From the NCBI GenBank assembly GCA_903906325.1, contig CAIVJV010000085.1, positions 1-32,742 on the forward strand: a DNA stretch of 32,742 nt. Direction: 5' to 3'. The stretch comes from an uncultured Gemmatimonadota bacterium. GTDB lineage: Bacteria; Gemmatimonadota; Gemmatimonadetes; Gemmatimonadales; Gemmatimonadaceae. Position numbers and translations under genes: made by a program. Below are positions 10,091-18,396 of this stretch, in pieces; position 1 is the first letter of the stretch, and the number at the start of each line of letters is the position of its first letter. The notes beneath the pieces were generated by a model. The model made no database searches, was not told the DNA's origin, and saw nothing but the letters and a program-made list of their open reading frames with translations.

Positions 10091-11545
10091 GTGCGCGCCC
10101 TCCTCCACTCGCTCCCCGTCTGGTGGCCCTACGCGGCCGGTGCGCTCGCCCTCGTGATGAGCGTCGTGGCGAGCCTGCACGCCGTGCTCCGGAAGCGCGA
10201 TGTCCGGGCGGCGATCGGATGGGTGGGGCTCATCTGGCTGGCCCCCTGGGTGGGGGCGATCATCTACGCCGCCTTCGGGCTCAACCGCATCAAGCGGCGG
10301 GCGAGCGTCCTCCACCGGCGGCGCCGGCGCCTCCCGCTCTCGACCACGGCGGCGATGCGGATCGCGACCGGGAAGCGGCAGGTCCTCGCGGACACGCACC
10401 TCCGGGCGCAGGCGCAGCTCGGGGATCGGCTCACCGAGCGCCCGATCGTCGGCGGCAACGAGGTCGTCCTCCTGCAGGATGGCGACGCCTGCTATCCCGC
10501 GATGCGCGAGGCGATCGAGGGGGCGCAGCGCTCGATCGCCCTCTCCACCTACATCTTCGCCGATGACGAGGCGGGGCGCCCGATCATCGAGGCGCTGATC
10601 GCCGCCCATCGCCGCGGGGTGGAGGTGCGGGTGCTCGTCGACGGGTTCGGCTCCCTCTACACCTGGCCGCGCGCCCACGTCGCGCTGCGGAAGGCCGGGG
10701 TGCAGGCCGAGCTCTTCGCGCCGCAGCTGCGACATGCGGGGCTCGCCTTCTTCAATCTCCGGAACCACCGGAAGATCCTCACGGTCGACGGGACCCTCGC
10801 CTTCACCGGTGGGACCAACATCCGCCGTGACAACCTCCACGCCATCGGGCCGACGCGGCCGACGCGGGACCTGCACTTCCGGTTCGCCGGCCCGATCGTG
10901 GCGCAGATCCAGGACGCCTTCGCCGAGGATTGGGTCTTCAGCACCGGGGAGGTGTTGGACGGGCCGGCCTGGTATCCGGAGCTCACCGACGTCGGGGGGA
11001 CCGTCGCCCGGGCGATCACCGATGGGCCCGACGGCGACCTCGAGGTCCTCTCCAAGGTGTTGCATGGCGCGATCGACATGGCGCGGGAGTCGATCACCGT
11101 GGTCACGCCCTACTTCCTCCCCGATCCCGCCCTGATCACCGCCCTCTCCGTGGCGGCGTTGCGTGGGGTGGCGGTGCGGATCGTGATCCCGGCGCACGTG
11201 AACATCGTCCCGGTGGGGTGGGCGGCGGCGGCGCAGCTCTGGCAGGTGCTGCGGCCCGGGTGCCGCGTCTTCCTCTCGCCCAAGCCGTTCGACCATAGCA
11301 AGGTCATGATCGTGGATCGCCACTGGGCGCTGGTGGGCTCCACCAACTGGGATCCGCGGAGCCTGCGGCTCAACTTCGAGCTCGATGTGGAGCTCTACTG
11401 CCCGAGCTGTGCCGGCGCCCTCGCCGACCTGGTGGACCAGCGGATCGCCGAGAGCCGTGAGGTCACCCTCGAGGAGCTCGACGGCCGACCGTTCGGGATC
11501 AAGGTGCGCGACGGACTCGCGCGGCTCCTCTCGCCCTATCTATAG
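10091..11545 (+). CDS. cls: Cardiolipin synthase (phospholipase D family)
   Basis: Two N-terminal TM helices (PLDc_N) and two HKD motifs, 'RNHRKILTVDG' and 'HSKVMIVD', plus 'GSTNWDPRSLRLNFE'. Start uncertain: GTG 10091 chosen, frame open from 10025. Confidence 0.92.
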   Translation: MRALLHSLPVWWPYAAGALALVMSVVASLHAVLRKRDVRAAIGWVGLIWLAPWVGAIIYAAFGLNRIKRRASVLHRRRRRLPLSTTAAMRIATGKRQVLADTHLRAQAQLGDRLTERPIVGGNEVVLLQDGDACYPAMREAIEGAQRSIALSTYIFADDEAGRPIIEALIAAHRRGVEVRVLVDGFGSLYTWPRAHVALRKAGVQAELFAPQLRHAGLAFFNLRNHRKILTVDGTLAFTGGTNIRRDNLHAIGPTRPTRDLHFRFAGPIVAQIQDAFAEDWVFSTGEVLDGPAWYPELTDVGGTVARAITDGPDGDLEVLSKVLHGAIDMARESITVVTPYFLPDPALITALSVAALRGVAVRIVIPAHVNIVPVGWAAAAQLWQVLRPGCRVFLSPKPFDHSKVMIVDRHWALVGSTNWDPRSLRLNFELDVELYCPSCAGALADLVDQRIAESREVTLEELDGRPFGIKVRDGLARLLSPYL

Positions 11546-11553
11546 TACCGCCC

Positions 11554-11652
11554 ATGGCGACGCGCTTCCGTGCCACCCTCCTCCGGGTGATGACCATGCA
11601 GGTCGTCGCGTTGCTCGTGCTCTGGTGGCTCCAGCGGCGCTACCCCTTCTGA
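11554..11652 (+). CDS. Small single-TM membrane protein, 32 aa (MATRFRATLLRVMTMQVVALLVLWWLQRRYPF)
   Basis: Not in the ORF track; translated by hand. Runs ATG 11554 to TGA 11652 and fills the gap between cls (8 bp) and the symporter (7 bp). One hydrophobic helix flanked by Arg residues. Confidence 0.7.
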   Translation: MATRFRATLLRVMTMQVVALLVLWWLQRRYPF

Positions 11653-11659
11653 GGCGCTG

Positions 11660-13327
11660 ATGCACGGACTCGATTGGGCGATCGTCGTCGCCTACCTCGG
11701 CTATGTGGTCTGGGACGGGCTGCGCCGTGCGCGCGGGACGGTCGATATCGAGGGGTACTTCATGGCGAACCGGAGCCTCCCCTGGTGGGCGGTCGGGCTC
11801 TCGGTGATGGCCACGCAACTCTCCGCGATCACGCTGATCGGGACCACGGGGCAGGGGGCGACCGATGGTCTCCGCTTCGTGCAGTTCTACTTCGGGCTCC
11901 CGCTCGCGATGGTGATCCTCGGCGTGACGCTCGTCCCCTTCCTGCATCAGGCGAAGGTCTACACCGCCTACGAGTATCTCGAACGGCGCTTCGACGCGCG
12001 AACGCGCACGCTGACGAGCTTCCTCTTCCTCCTCTCGCGCGGGATGTCGTGCGGGGCGATCATCTCCGCGCCCGCGGTGGTGCTCTCCGCCGTGCTCGGC
12101 GTGCCGCTCACCTGGGGGGTCGCGATCATCGGGCTCCCGACGGTGCTCTACACCGTGGTGGGTGGGGTGCAGGCGGTGACCTGGGCCGACGTGAAGCAGA
12201 TGGTGGTGATCGTCACCGCGGTGATCGCGATGGCGGTCGTGCTGATCGCGCGGCTCCCGGTGCCCCTCGATGACGCGCTCGCGGTCGCCGGGGCGGCGGG
12301 ACGGCTGCGGACCTTCGACTTCTCCTTCTCGCTGAGCGATCCGTACACCGTCTGGTCGGGGCTCATCGGGGGGACCTTCCTGATGCTCTCGTACTTCGGG
12401 ACCGACCAGAGCCAGGTGCAGCGGTATCTCACGGCGCGGTCGGTGGACGAGGCGCGGAGCTCGCTCCTCATGAGCGCGTACTGGAAGATCCCCCTCCAGG
12501 CGCTGATCCTCCTGCTCGGCGTCCTGGTCTTCCTCTTCTATGTGTTCCAGCCGGCGCCGCTCTACCACAACCCCGCGCATGAGCGGGCGATGCGCGCTTC
12601 GGCTTCGGCGACCTACGATTCACTGCACGGCGCGTACGCCGCGCAAACGGCGGTCCGGCGTGACGCGGCGACGGCGATCGCGTCGGCGCGCGACGCCGGG
12701 GACCGTGCGGCGGAGTCGTCCGCGATCGCGGCCTTCCAGGCGAGCGAGCGCGAGGCGGAGATCACCCGCGCGGCCGCGCTGGCCGAGGCGGGGAAGGTGG
12801 TGCGTGGTCCGACGCGGGATGTGAACTATGTGATCCCGCGCTTCGTGCTCGATCACCTCCCCATGGGGCTCGTGGGGCTCTTCCTCGCCGCGGTCCTCGC
12901 GGCGGCGATGTCGAGCGTGGCGGCCGAGCTCAATTCGCTCAGTACCGCGACGATCGTCGATTTCTATCGGCGGCGCGTCCGGACCGATGCGAGCGAGGCG
13001 CACTACCTGACCGCCTCCAAGTGGTCCACCGCCGTCTGGGGGCTCTTCGCCTGCGTCGTCGCCACCTATGCGGCGACGTTGGGGTCGTTGATCGAGGTCG
13101 TGAACCGCTTCGGTTCCTTCTTCTACGGTTCGATCCTCGGCGTCTTCCTCCTCGCGATGCTCCCCCGCGCGCGCGGACGGGGCGCCTTCTATGGGTTGCT
13201 CGCCGGGATGGCGACGGTCGGTGCGGTGAGTGTTGTCGCCCCACAGGTCGCCTTCCTCTGGCACAATGTGATCGGGGCCCTCGTGGTGATCGCGGTGGGG
13301 CTCGCGTTGAGTCCGCGCGCGGGATAA
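11660..13327 (+). CDS. Sodium:solute symporter (SSS family)
   Basis: 'YFMANRSLPWWAVGLSVMATQLSAITLIG', 'YEYLERRF', 'GGVQAVTWAD', 'GTDQSQVQRYL', 'AAAMSS'. Confidence 0.95.
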   Translation: MHGLDWAIVVAYLGYVVWDGLRRARGTVDIEGYFMANRSLPWWAVGLSVMATQLSAITLIGTTGQGATDGLRFVQFYFGLPLAMVILGVTLVPFLHQAKVYTAYEYLERRFDARTRTLTSFLFLLSRGMSCGAIISAPAVVLSAVLGVPLTWGVAIIGLPTVLYTVVGGVQAVTWADVKQMVVIVTAVIAMAVVLIARLPVPLDDALAVAGAAGRLRTFDFSFSLSDPYTVWSGLIGGTFLMLSYFGTDQSQVQRYLTARSVDEARSSLLMSAYWKIPLQALILLLGVLVFLFYVFQPAPLYHNPAHERAMRASASATYDSLHGAYAAQTAVRRDAATAIASARDAGDRAAESSAIAAFQASEREAEITRAAALAEAGKVVRGPTRDVNYVIPRFVLDHLPMGLVGLFLAAVLAAAMSSVAAELNSLSTATIVDFYRRRVRTDASEAHYLTASKWSTAVWGLFACVVATYAATLGSLIEVVNRFGSFFYGSILGVFLLAMLPRARGRGAFYGLLAGMATVGAVSVVAPQVAFLWHNVIGALVVIAVGLALSPRAG

Positions 13328-13337
13328 TCATGCCGCG

Positions 13338-13378
13338 GGCCATGCATAGCGCGTGCAAGCGCTGCATGGCTATGCCGA
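13338..13378. promoter_or_regulatory. Inverted repeat overlapping an ARG-box-like site upstream of arginase
   Basis: gccatgca-ta-gcgc / gtgcaa / gcgc-tgcatggc (13338-13370). Bases 13361-13378 read gcTGCATggctATGCCga, one mismatch from TGCAT-N4-ATGCA. Confidence 0.4.
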
Positions 13379-13417
13379 GGGGTTCCGTGCGTCGGGGCGT
13401 GATGTAGGCTCCCTCGC

Positions 13418-14329
13418 ATGTCCACCATCCGCCTCATCGGTGTCCCCATGGACCTCGGCGCCTCGCGGCGCGGGGTCGACATGGGCCCCTCCGCCGTCCG
13501 CTACACCGATCTCCGCGACCGTCTCGTGACCTTGGGGCATGTGGTCGAGGACGTGGGGAACGTCCCGGTGCCATTCCGCGAGGATGCCGCGCGCGGGGCG
13601 CAGCGTGGGGCGCGCTATCTCGGGGCGATCACCGAGGTGTGCACCGCGGTCGCGCGGGTCACGCGCGAGGCGCTCGAGGCGGGGGCCTTCCCCGTGGTGC
13701 TCGGCGGGGACCATGCGCTCGCGGCGGGATCGATCGCCGGGGCGGCGGCGCATCTCGGCGCGCGCGGGGCACGGCTCGGCGCGTTCTGGATCGATGCGCA
13801 CGGCGACATCAATACGCCCGCGACCTCGCGGTCGGGGAATGTGCATGGGATGCCGCTCGCCGCACTGCTCGGGCATGGGGACAAGGCGATGCGGAGCATC
13901 GCGGGGGCGAAGCCCGCGCTCCGTGCGCCAGATGTGGCGCTGGTGGGATTGCGCGACCTCGATGCGCCGGAGCGGCATCACATCGCCGCGTGGGGGCTCT
14001 CCGCCTTCACCATGCGGCATCTCGACGAGCGCGGGGTGCGGGCGGTGATGGAGGAGGCGATCGCGCGTGTCACGCGGGAGACCGACGGGCTCTGGATCTC
14101 CTTGGACATGGATGTGATCGATCCCGATGAGGCGCCGGGGGTCGGGACCGCGGTGCCTGGCGGGATGACCTATCGCGAGGCGCATCTCGCGATGGAGATG
14201 CTCGCGGATACGGGCAAGGTGATCGGGGTGGACCTCGTCGAGGTGAACCCGGTGCTCGATGAGCGGAATCGGACCGCGGAGATCGCCTGCGAGCTGATCC
14301 TCAGTGCCTGTGGGAAGCGGATCCTATGA
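13418..14329 (+). CDS. rocF: Arginase
   Basis: 'GASRRGVDMGP', 'GGDH', 'DAHGD', 'SGNVHGMP', 'SLDMDVIDP', 'PGVGT', 'VEVNP'. Confidence 0.95.
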   Translation: MSTIRLIGVPMDLGASRRGVDMGPSAVRYTDLRDRLVTLGHVVEDVGNVPVPFREDAARGAQRGARYLGAITEVCTAVARVTREALEAGAFPVVLGGDHALAAGSIAGAAAHLGARGARLGAFWIDAHGDINTPATSRSGNVHGMPLAALLGHGDKAMRSIAGAKPALRAPDVALVGLRDLDAPERHHIAAWGLSAFTMRHLDERGVRAVMEEAIARVTRETDGLWISLDMDVIDPDEAPGVGTAVPGGMTYREAHLAMEMLADTGKVIGVDLVEVNPVLDERNRTAEIACELILSACGKRIL

Positions 14330-15423
14330 CGGCCACGGTGCGGTATCTCCCGCCGGACTTCTCGGTCGCCGCGCTGCGGGCGGCGCCCCCGGCACGCACC
14401 GTGTCGGTCGAGCGGGATGGCGTCCTCCCGGAGGGCTTCTTCGCGACGACCAATCTCCCGACCTACATCAAGGAGCGCGATGGGCGCTGGGTGATGCCCA
14501 GGGAGCCTCGCATGGACGGGGTGCTCGTGCGCGATGGGGCGGGGCAGTGGTGGGTGCGTGAGGGACGGCGCGTGCGCGCGGGCGACGCGGTGGTGGTCGG
14601 GTTGGCCGAGGATGGGACCGAGGGGGTGTTGGTCCATGCGCGCGGGTTCGTGCCCGAGGGCGAGGCGGCCGGCGATTTCCATTTCATGTCGAGCCAGGTC
14701 TCGCGCGAGAAGCCGATCGACTATGCGGCGATCGCGCGGATGCTCGTCGAGGAGAAGCGCCGTGGCGGGTACGTGCTCTGGGTCACCGGCCCCGCGCTGG
14801 TGCACTCGCGGGCGCGCGACAACCTCGTCTGGTTCATCCGGAACGGTTATGTGCAGGCGTTGCTCGCGGGGAATGCCGTCGCGGTGCATGACATCGAGGC
14901 GGCGATCGTCGGGACGACGCTCGGGATGACGAGTCAGGGGGAACCCACGGCGGGGGGGCATGCGGCACATATGCGCGCGATCAACGCGGTGCGTCGGGCG
15001 GGTTCGATCCGCGCCGCGGTGGCCGACGGGACGATCACGAGCGGGATCATGCATGCCTGCGTGGTGGAGGAGGTCCCCTACGTCCTCGCGGGCTCCCTGC
15101 GGGACGATGGCCCGCTCCCCGATGTGCTGACCGATATGGTCGCGGCGCAGGAGGCGACGCGCGCGCATACCATCCAGGCGACGATGGCGGTGATGATCGC
15201 GACGGCGCTGCATTCGATCGCGGTGGGGAACATGCTCCCGGCGTATTACGAGGATCCGCAGCGGGGGCTCTGTGAGCTCCCGACGATCTGCGTGGACGCG
15301 AGCGAGTTCCTCGTGAGCAAGCTCAAGGACCGCGGGACGCACCAGGCGATCGGGGTGGTGACCAACGCGCAGGACTTCATGAGCATCCTGCGGGCGGCCG
15401 TGGAGCGCGAGGTCGCGGCGTAG
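14326..15423 (+). CDS. TIGR00300 / LOR-SDH / ArgZ(AgrE) C-terminal-like protein, putative ornithine cyclodeaminase
   Basis: 'DGVLPEGFFATTNLPT', 'RMD', 'FHFMSSQVSREKP', 'GPALVH', 'LLAGNAVAVHDIE', 'LAGSLRDDGPLP', 'TALHSIAVGNM', 'KLKDRGT'. ATGA overlap with arginase. Confidence 0.85.
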   Translation: MTATVRYLPPDFSVAALRAAPPARTVSVERDGVLPEGFFATTNLPTYIKERDGRWVMPREPRMDGVLVRDGAGQWWVREGRRVRAGDAVVVGLAEDGTEGVLVHARGFVPEGEAAGDFHFMSSQVSREKPIDYAAIARMLVEEKRRGGYVLWVTGPALVHSRARDNLVWFIRNGYVQALLAGNAVAVHDIEAAIVGTTLGMTSQGEPTAGGHAAHMRAINAVRRAGSIRAAVADGTITSGIMHACVVEEVPYVLAGSLRDDGPLPDVLTDMVAAQEATRAHTIQATMAVMIATALHSIAVGNMLPAYYEDPQRGLCELPTICVDASEFLVSKLKDRGTHQAIGVVTNAQDFMSILRAAVEREVAA

Positions 15424-15431
15424 CGCGTGGT

Positions 15432-15456
15432 GGGCGTCGCTCCAGCGCGAGCGCCC
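15432..15456. terminator. GC-rich hairpin between convergent genes
   Basis: gggcg-tcgc / tccagc / gcga-g-cgccc: a 9-bp stem with one bulge and no U-tract. Confidence 0.35.
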
Positions 15457-15466
15457 CGAGCCGGTC

Positions 15467-16012
15467 TCAGCTGACCTTGACCCCCGTGGTGGCCCAGCCC
15501 GCCGCATCGCCCTCGATCACCCGAAGGGTGTCGACGACGAGCTTGCCGTTCTCGAGCGTCACCGGGTGTCGGTCCATGCTCCGCGGGGACTTCCCTTGGA
15601 TGCGGGTGCCGTTCGCGGTGAAGGTGCTCTTGTGCTTGGGGCAGTAGAGTCGGTTCTGCTCCGGCTGCCAGTCGACCATCGTCCCCTTGTGCGGGCATTC
15701 GCGCGCGAGGGCGTGGACCATCCCCTGGTAGCGGATGAGGATCACCCGGTTGGCGCGGTCGATCGTCGCGCCGTCGGTGGTCGGGATGGGATAGGTCAGA
15801 GTCGCAGCGCCCGTGGTGGCCCCGACGCGATAGCTGCGCGTCATCGCCTCGAGTGGGACGCTCGCGCCGGCCACGGCGGTGAGCGCCGCGACCGCCAGCA
15901 ATCCCTCCTTCAGGAAGGTCCGGCGATCCGGTCCTGCGGCGGTCCCATCGAGATCACACGTGCCATCACAGCCGGCGTCGGAGGCATCGGTATCGGAGCG
16001 AGGGTCGGCCAT
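15467..16012 (-). CDS. Rieske [2Fe-2S] protein with Tat signal
   Basis: 'DRRTFLK' followed by a hydrophobic helix. Ligand motifs 'CPH' and 'CPKH'. ATG 16012 chosen because the longer ORF overlaps the opposite-strand MFS gene. Confidence 0.88.
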   Translation of the reverse strand: MADPRSDTDASDAGCDGTCDLDGTAAGPDRRTFLKEGLLAVAALTAVAGASVPLEAMTRSYRVGATTGAATLTYPIPTTDGATIDRANRVILIRYQGMVHALARECPHKGTMVDWQPEQNRLYCPKHKSTFTANGTRIQGKSPRSMDRHPVTLENGKLVVDTLRVIEGDAAGWATTGVKVS

Positions 16013-16091
16013 CAGGCACACTCGGGTGAGAGGGGACGGGATCCTACCCCACGAAGCGCGGCGCGGTCCCATTCGCATTACTCTTTGTCCC

Positions 16092-17306
16092 ATGGCTGCT
16101 CCCCGCAAGGCCGCCCTCGCCTTCATCTTCGCCTCGATGATCCTCGACATCGTCGCGTTCGGGATCGTCATCCCCGTCCTCCCGCAGCTCATCAAGGGGT
16201 TCCTCGGGGGGGATACGGCGAGGGCCGCGACCTGGTACGGGATCTTCGGGACCACCTGGGCGGCGATGCAATTCATCTGCTCCCCGCTCCTCGGGGCGCT
16301 CTCCGATCGCTTCGGCCGCCGTCCCGTCCTCCTGGTCTCGATCTTCGGGCTCGGGCTCGACTACCTGCTGATGGCCTTCGCCCCCTCGCTCACCTGGCTC
16401 TTCGTCGGGCGGGTGCTCTCGGGGATGACGGCGGCGGGGTTCACCACCGCCACGGCGTATATCGCCGACGTGACCCCGCCGGAGAAGCGCGCGGGGGCCT
16501 TCGGTCTGGTCGGCGCCGCCTGGGGATTCGGTTTCATCATCGGCCCCGCCCTCGGGGGACTCCTCGGCGCGAGCGACCCGCGGCTCCCCTTCATGGTGGC
16601 GGGCGGGCTCGCCCTCGTGAACGCGCTCTATGGGATCTTCGTCCTCCCGGAGTCCCTTCCTCCCGAGCGGCGGGCGCCCTTCTCCCTCGCGCGGGCGAAC
16701 CCCATCGGGGCGCTCCAGCTCCTGCGCCGCCATCACGAGCTCCTCGGGCTCGCCACGGCGAGTCTCCTCTACGCCATCGGTCACACCGTCTTCCCGAGCG
16801 TCTTCGTGCTGTGGGCCGGGTATGTGCTCGGGTGGGAGGCCAAGGCGATCGGGTATTCGCTGGCGATCGTCGGCGTCCTCAACGTGATCGTGCAGGGGGG
16901 GCTCGTCCGCCCCTTGGTCAAGCGACTCGGCGAGCGCACGGCGCTCCGCATCGGCGCGATCGCCGGCGCGGTGGGGTTCGCGACCTACGGGGTGGCCACC
17001 TCGGTCCCGATCTTCTGGCTCGGCGCGGTGCTCTACGCGCCAGCGGGACTCTTCAATCCCTCCTTGCTCGGGCTGATCTCCAAGCAGGTCGGTCCGTCGG
17101 AGCAGGGGCAGGTGCAGGGGGCGAACAGCAGCCTGATGGCGATCGCCGGGATGCTCGGCCCCGCGCTCTTCACCGGCGCCTTCTCCTGGGCGATCGGGGC
17201 GGGGCTCGCCTGGCACATCCCGGGACTCCCCTTCCTCCTCGCCGCCGTGCTCTTCGCCCTCGCGGGGATCACCGCGCTGCGTGCGACCACCACCAGACCG
17301 ACCTGA
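16092..17306 (+). CDS. TCR/Tet (DHA1) family MFS efflux transporter
   Basis: 'ILDIVAFGIVIPVLP', 'LGALSDRFGRRPVLL', 'AYIADVT', motif C 'GFIIGPALGG', 'LPES'. Confidence 0.93.
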   Translation: MAAPRKAALAFIFASMILDIVAFGIVIPVLPQLIKGFLGGDTARAATWYGIFGTTWAAMQFICSPLLGALSDRFGRRPVLLVSIFGLGLDYLLMAFAPSLTWLFVGRVLSGMTAAGFTTATAYIADVTPPEKRAGAFGLVGAAWGFGFIIGPALGGLLGASDPRLPFMVAGGLALVNALYGIFVLPESLPPERRAPFSLARANPIGALQLLRRHHELLGLATASLLYAIGHTVFPSVFVLWAGYVLGWEAKAIGYSLAIVGVLNVIVQGGLVRPLVKRLGERTALRIGAIAGAVGFATYGVATSVPIFWLGAVLYAPAGLFNPSLLGLISKQVGPSEQGQVQGANSSLMAIAGMLGPALFTGAFSWAIGAGLAWHIPGLPFLLAAVLFALAGITALRATTTRPT

Positions 17307-17325
17307 CGCCAGCCCCACGACGCCC

Positions 17326-17736
17326 ATGCCGACCCGCCTCGTGCTCTGCCTGCTCCTCCTCCTGCCGCTCGCCGCACCCGCCCAAGGGCGCACCGGTCGC
17401 TGGCAGCCCATCGGCACGACGGTGACCGGGAACCCCGTCTATCTCGATCCCACGAGCGTGACGACCGCGAACGGGATCATCACGGCGACGATCCGCACGA
17501 CCTATACCAAGCCGGTCGCGACGCCGAAGGGCCCGATCACCGCGAGCCGCGCGATCGCGATGTTCGATTGCGCCAAGAAGCAGGTCGCCGTGAAGCAGAG
17601 CATCATCTGGCACGACGAGCGGCAGGGGACCATCTACGAGAAGCGGGCCCCAACCCAACCCGGGTTCGGGCCCGCCTTCACCAGCAACTTCTCCGGCGTC
17701 GCACTCGCGCATCTCTGCCAGGCGCGTCCCGCGTAG
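17326..17736 (+). CDS. Secreted protein, surface-adhesin E family-like
   Basis: Signal peptide 'MPTRLVLCLLLLLPLAAPAQ'. 'WQPIG...VYLDPTSV', 'FDC' and a C-terminal Cys that could pair with it. Confidence 0.65.
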   Translation: MPTRLVLCLLLLLPLAAPAQGRTGRWQPIGTTVTGNPVYLDPTSVTTANGIITATIRTTYTKPVATPKGPITASRAIAMFDCAKKQVAVKQSIIWHDERQGTIYEKRAPTQPGFGPAFTSNFSGVALAHLCQARPA

Positions 17737-17738
17737 CG

Positions 17739-17757
17739 GGGGCGCCTCAGGCGCCCC
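17739..17757. terminator. Perfect hairpin between convergent genes, possible bidirectional terminator
   Basis: ggggcgcc-tca-ggcgcccc fills almost all of the 21-bp gap between two stop codons. No U-tract. Confidence 0.5.
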
Positions 17758-18396
17758 TCACTTCGGGAAGGCGAGGAACCCCGCGAGGCGCGCGACCTCC
17801 TTGGCGTTCACGTACTTCCCGATCTCCTTGTCGAACTGGGCGCGCGAGGTCCAGGGGCGATACTCCTTGAACTCACGCAGCATCCGTGGGCCCATGGTCG
17901 GGATCGTCATGAGATCGGCATCGCTCGCCGTCGTCGGGTTCATCGGGACGAACACATACTGCTCGAGCCGCGCGACCTCGTCGGGCTTCACGTACTTCCC
18001 CATCTCACGGCGGAAGACGGCGAGGTCCTTGTAGGGGCGGTACTCCAGGAACTCGCGGATCATCCGTGGCCCCATCCCCGGCACGAGCGCGATCTCCTCA
18101 CGCGTCGCCGCGTTCAGGTTGAGGTGCACCCAGAGCTTGGGGTAGAGCTCGGCCCGCTGCGCGTCGCTGAGCTTCCCCTTGAGGAAGGCGTCGTACGCCG
18201 CCGGTCCGGCGAAGGGGCGCGCCGCGACCAGCTCCTTCGCGAGCGCGGGGGTCATCCCCGGCATGACGGCGATCTCCGCCTCGGGGAGGGTGTTCGCATC
18301 CTTGGCGGTGACGGAGGCGCCGACCTGGGCCTGTGCGGCGAGCGCGACGACGGCGAGGAGGAGGGTGGCGCGGGAGAGGGAGCGGCGCATGATCAT
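17758..18396 (-). CDS. Secreted protein with three helix-hairpin-helix (ComEA/PsbU-like) units
   Basis: Signal peptide ending 'AAQA-Q'. Units begin 'DANTLPEAEIAVMPGMT', 'NLNAATREEIALVPGMGP' and 'NPTTASDADLMTIPTMGP'. ATG 18396 forms an ATGA overlap with the upstream gene. Confidence 0.85.
   Translation of the reverse strand: MIMRRSLSRATLLLAVVALAAQAQVGASVTAKDANTLPEAEIAVMPGMTPALAKELVAARPFAGPAAYDAFLKGKLSDAQRAELYPKLWVHLNLNAATREEIALVPGMGPRMIREFLEYRPYKDLAVFRREMGKYVKPDEVARLEQYVFVPMNPTTASDADLMTIPTMGPRMLREFKEYRPWTSRAQFDKEIGKYVNAKEVARLAGFLAFPK
17770..18125. repeat. Degenerate 180-bp intragenic tandem duplication (HhH units 2 and 3)
   Basis: 'ttcacgtacttccc' at 17807 and 17987, 'cgcgcgacctc' at 17789 and 17969, 'catccgtgg' at 17881 and 18061. 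All three are offset by 180 bp. Confidence 0.85.

Noticed and set aside
16092-17306. Possible tetracycline resistance gene tetA
   Set aside because: Only family-level motifs are visible, with no tetR or mobile context. Resistance cannot be claimed.
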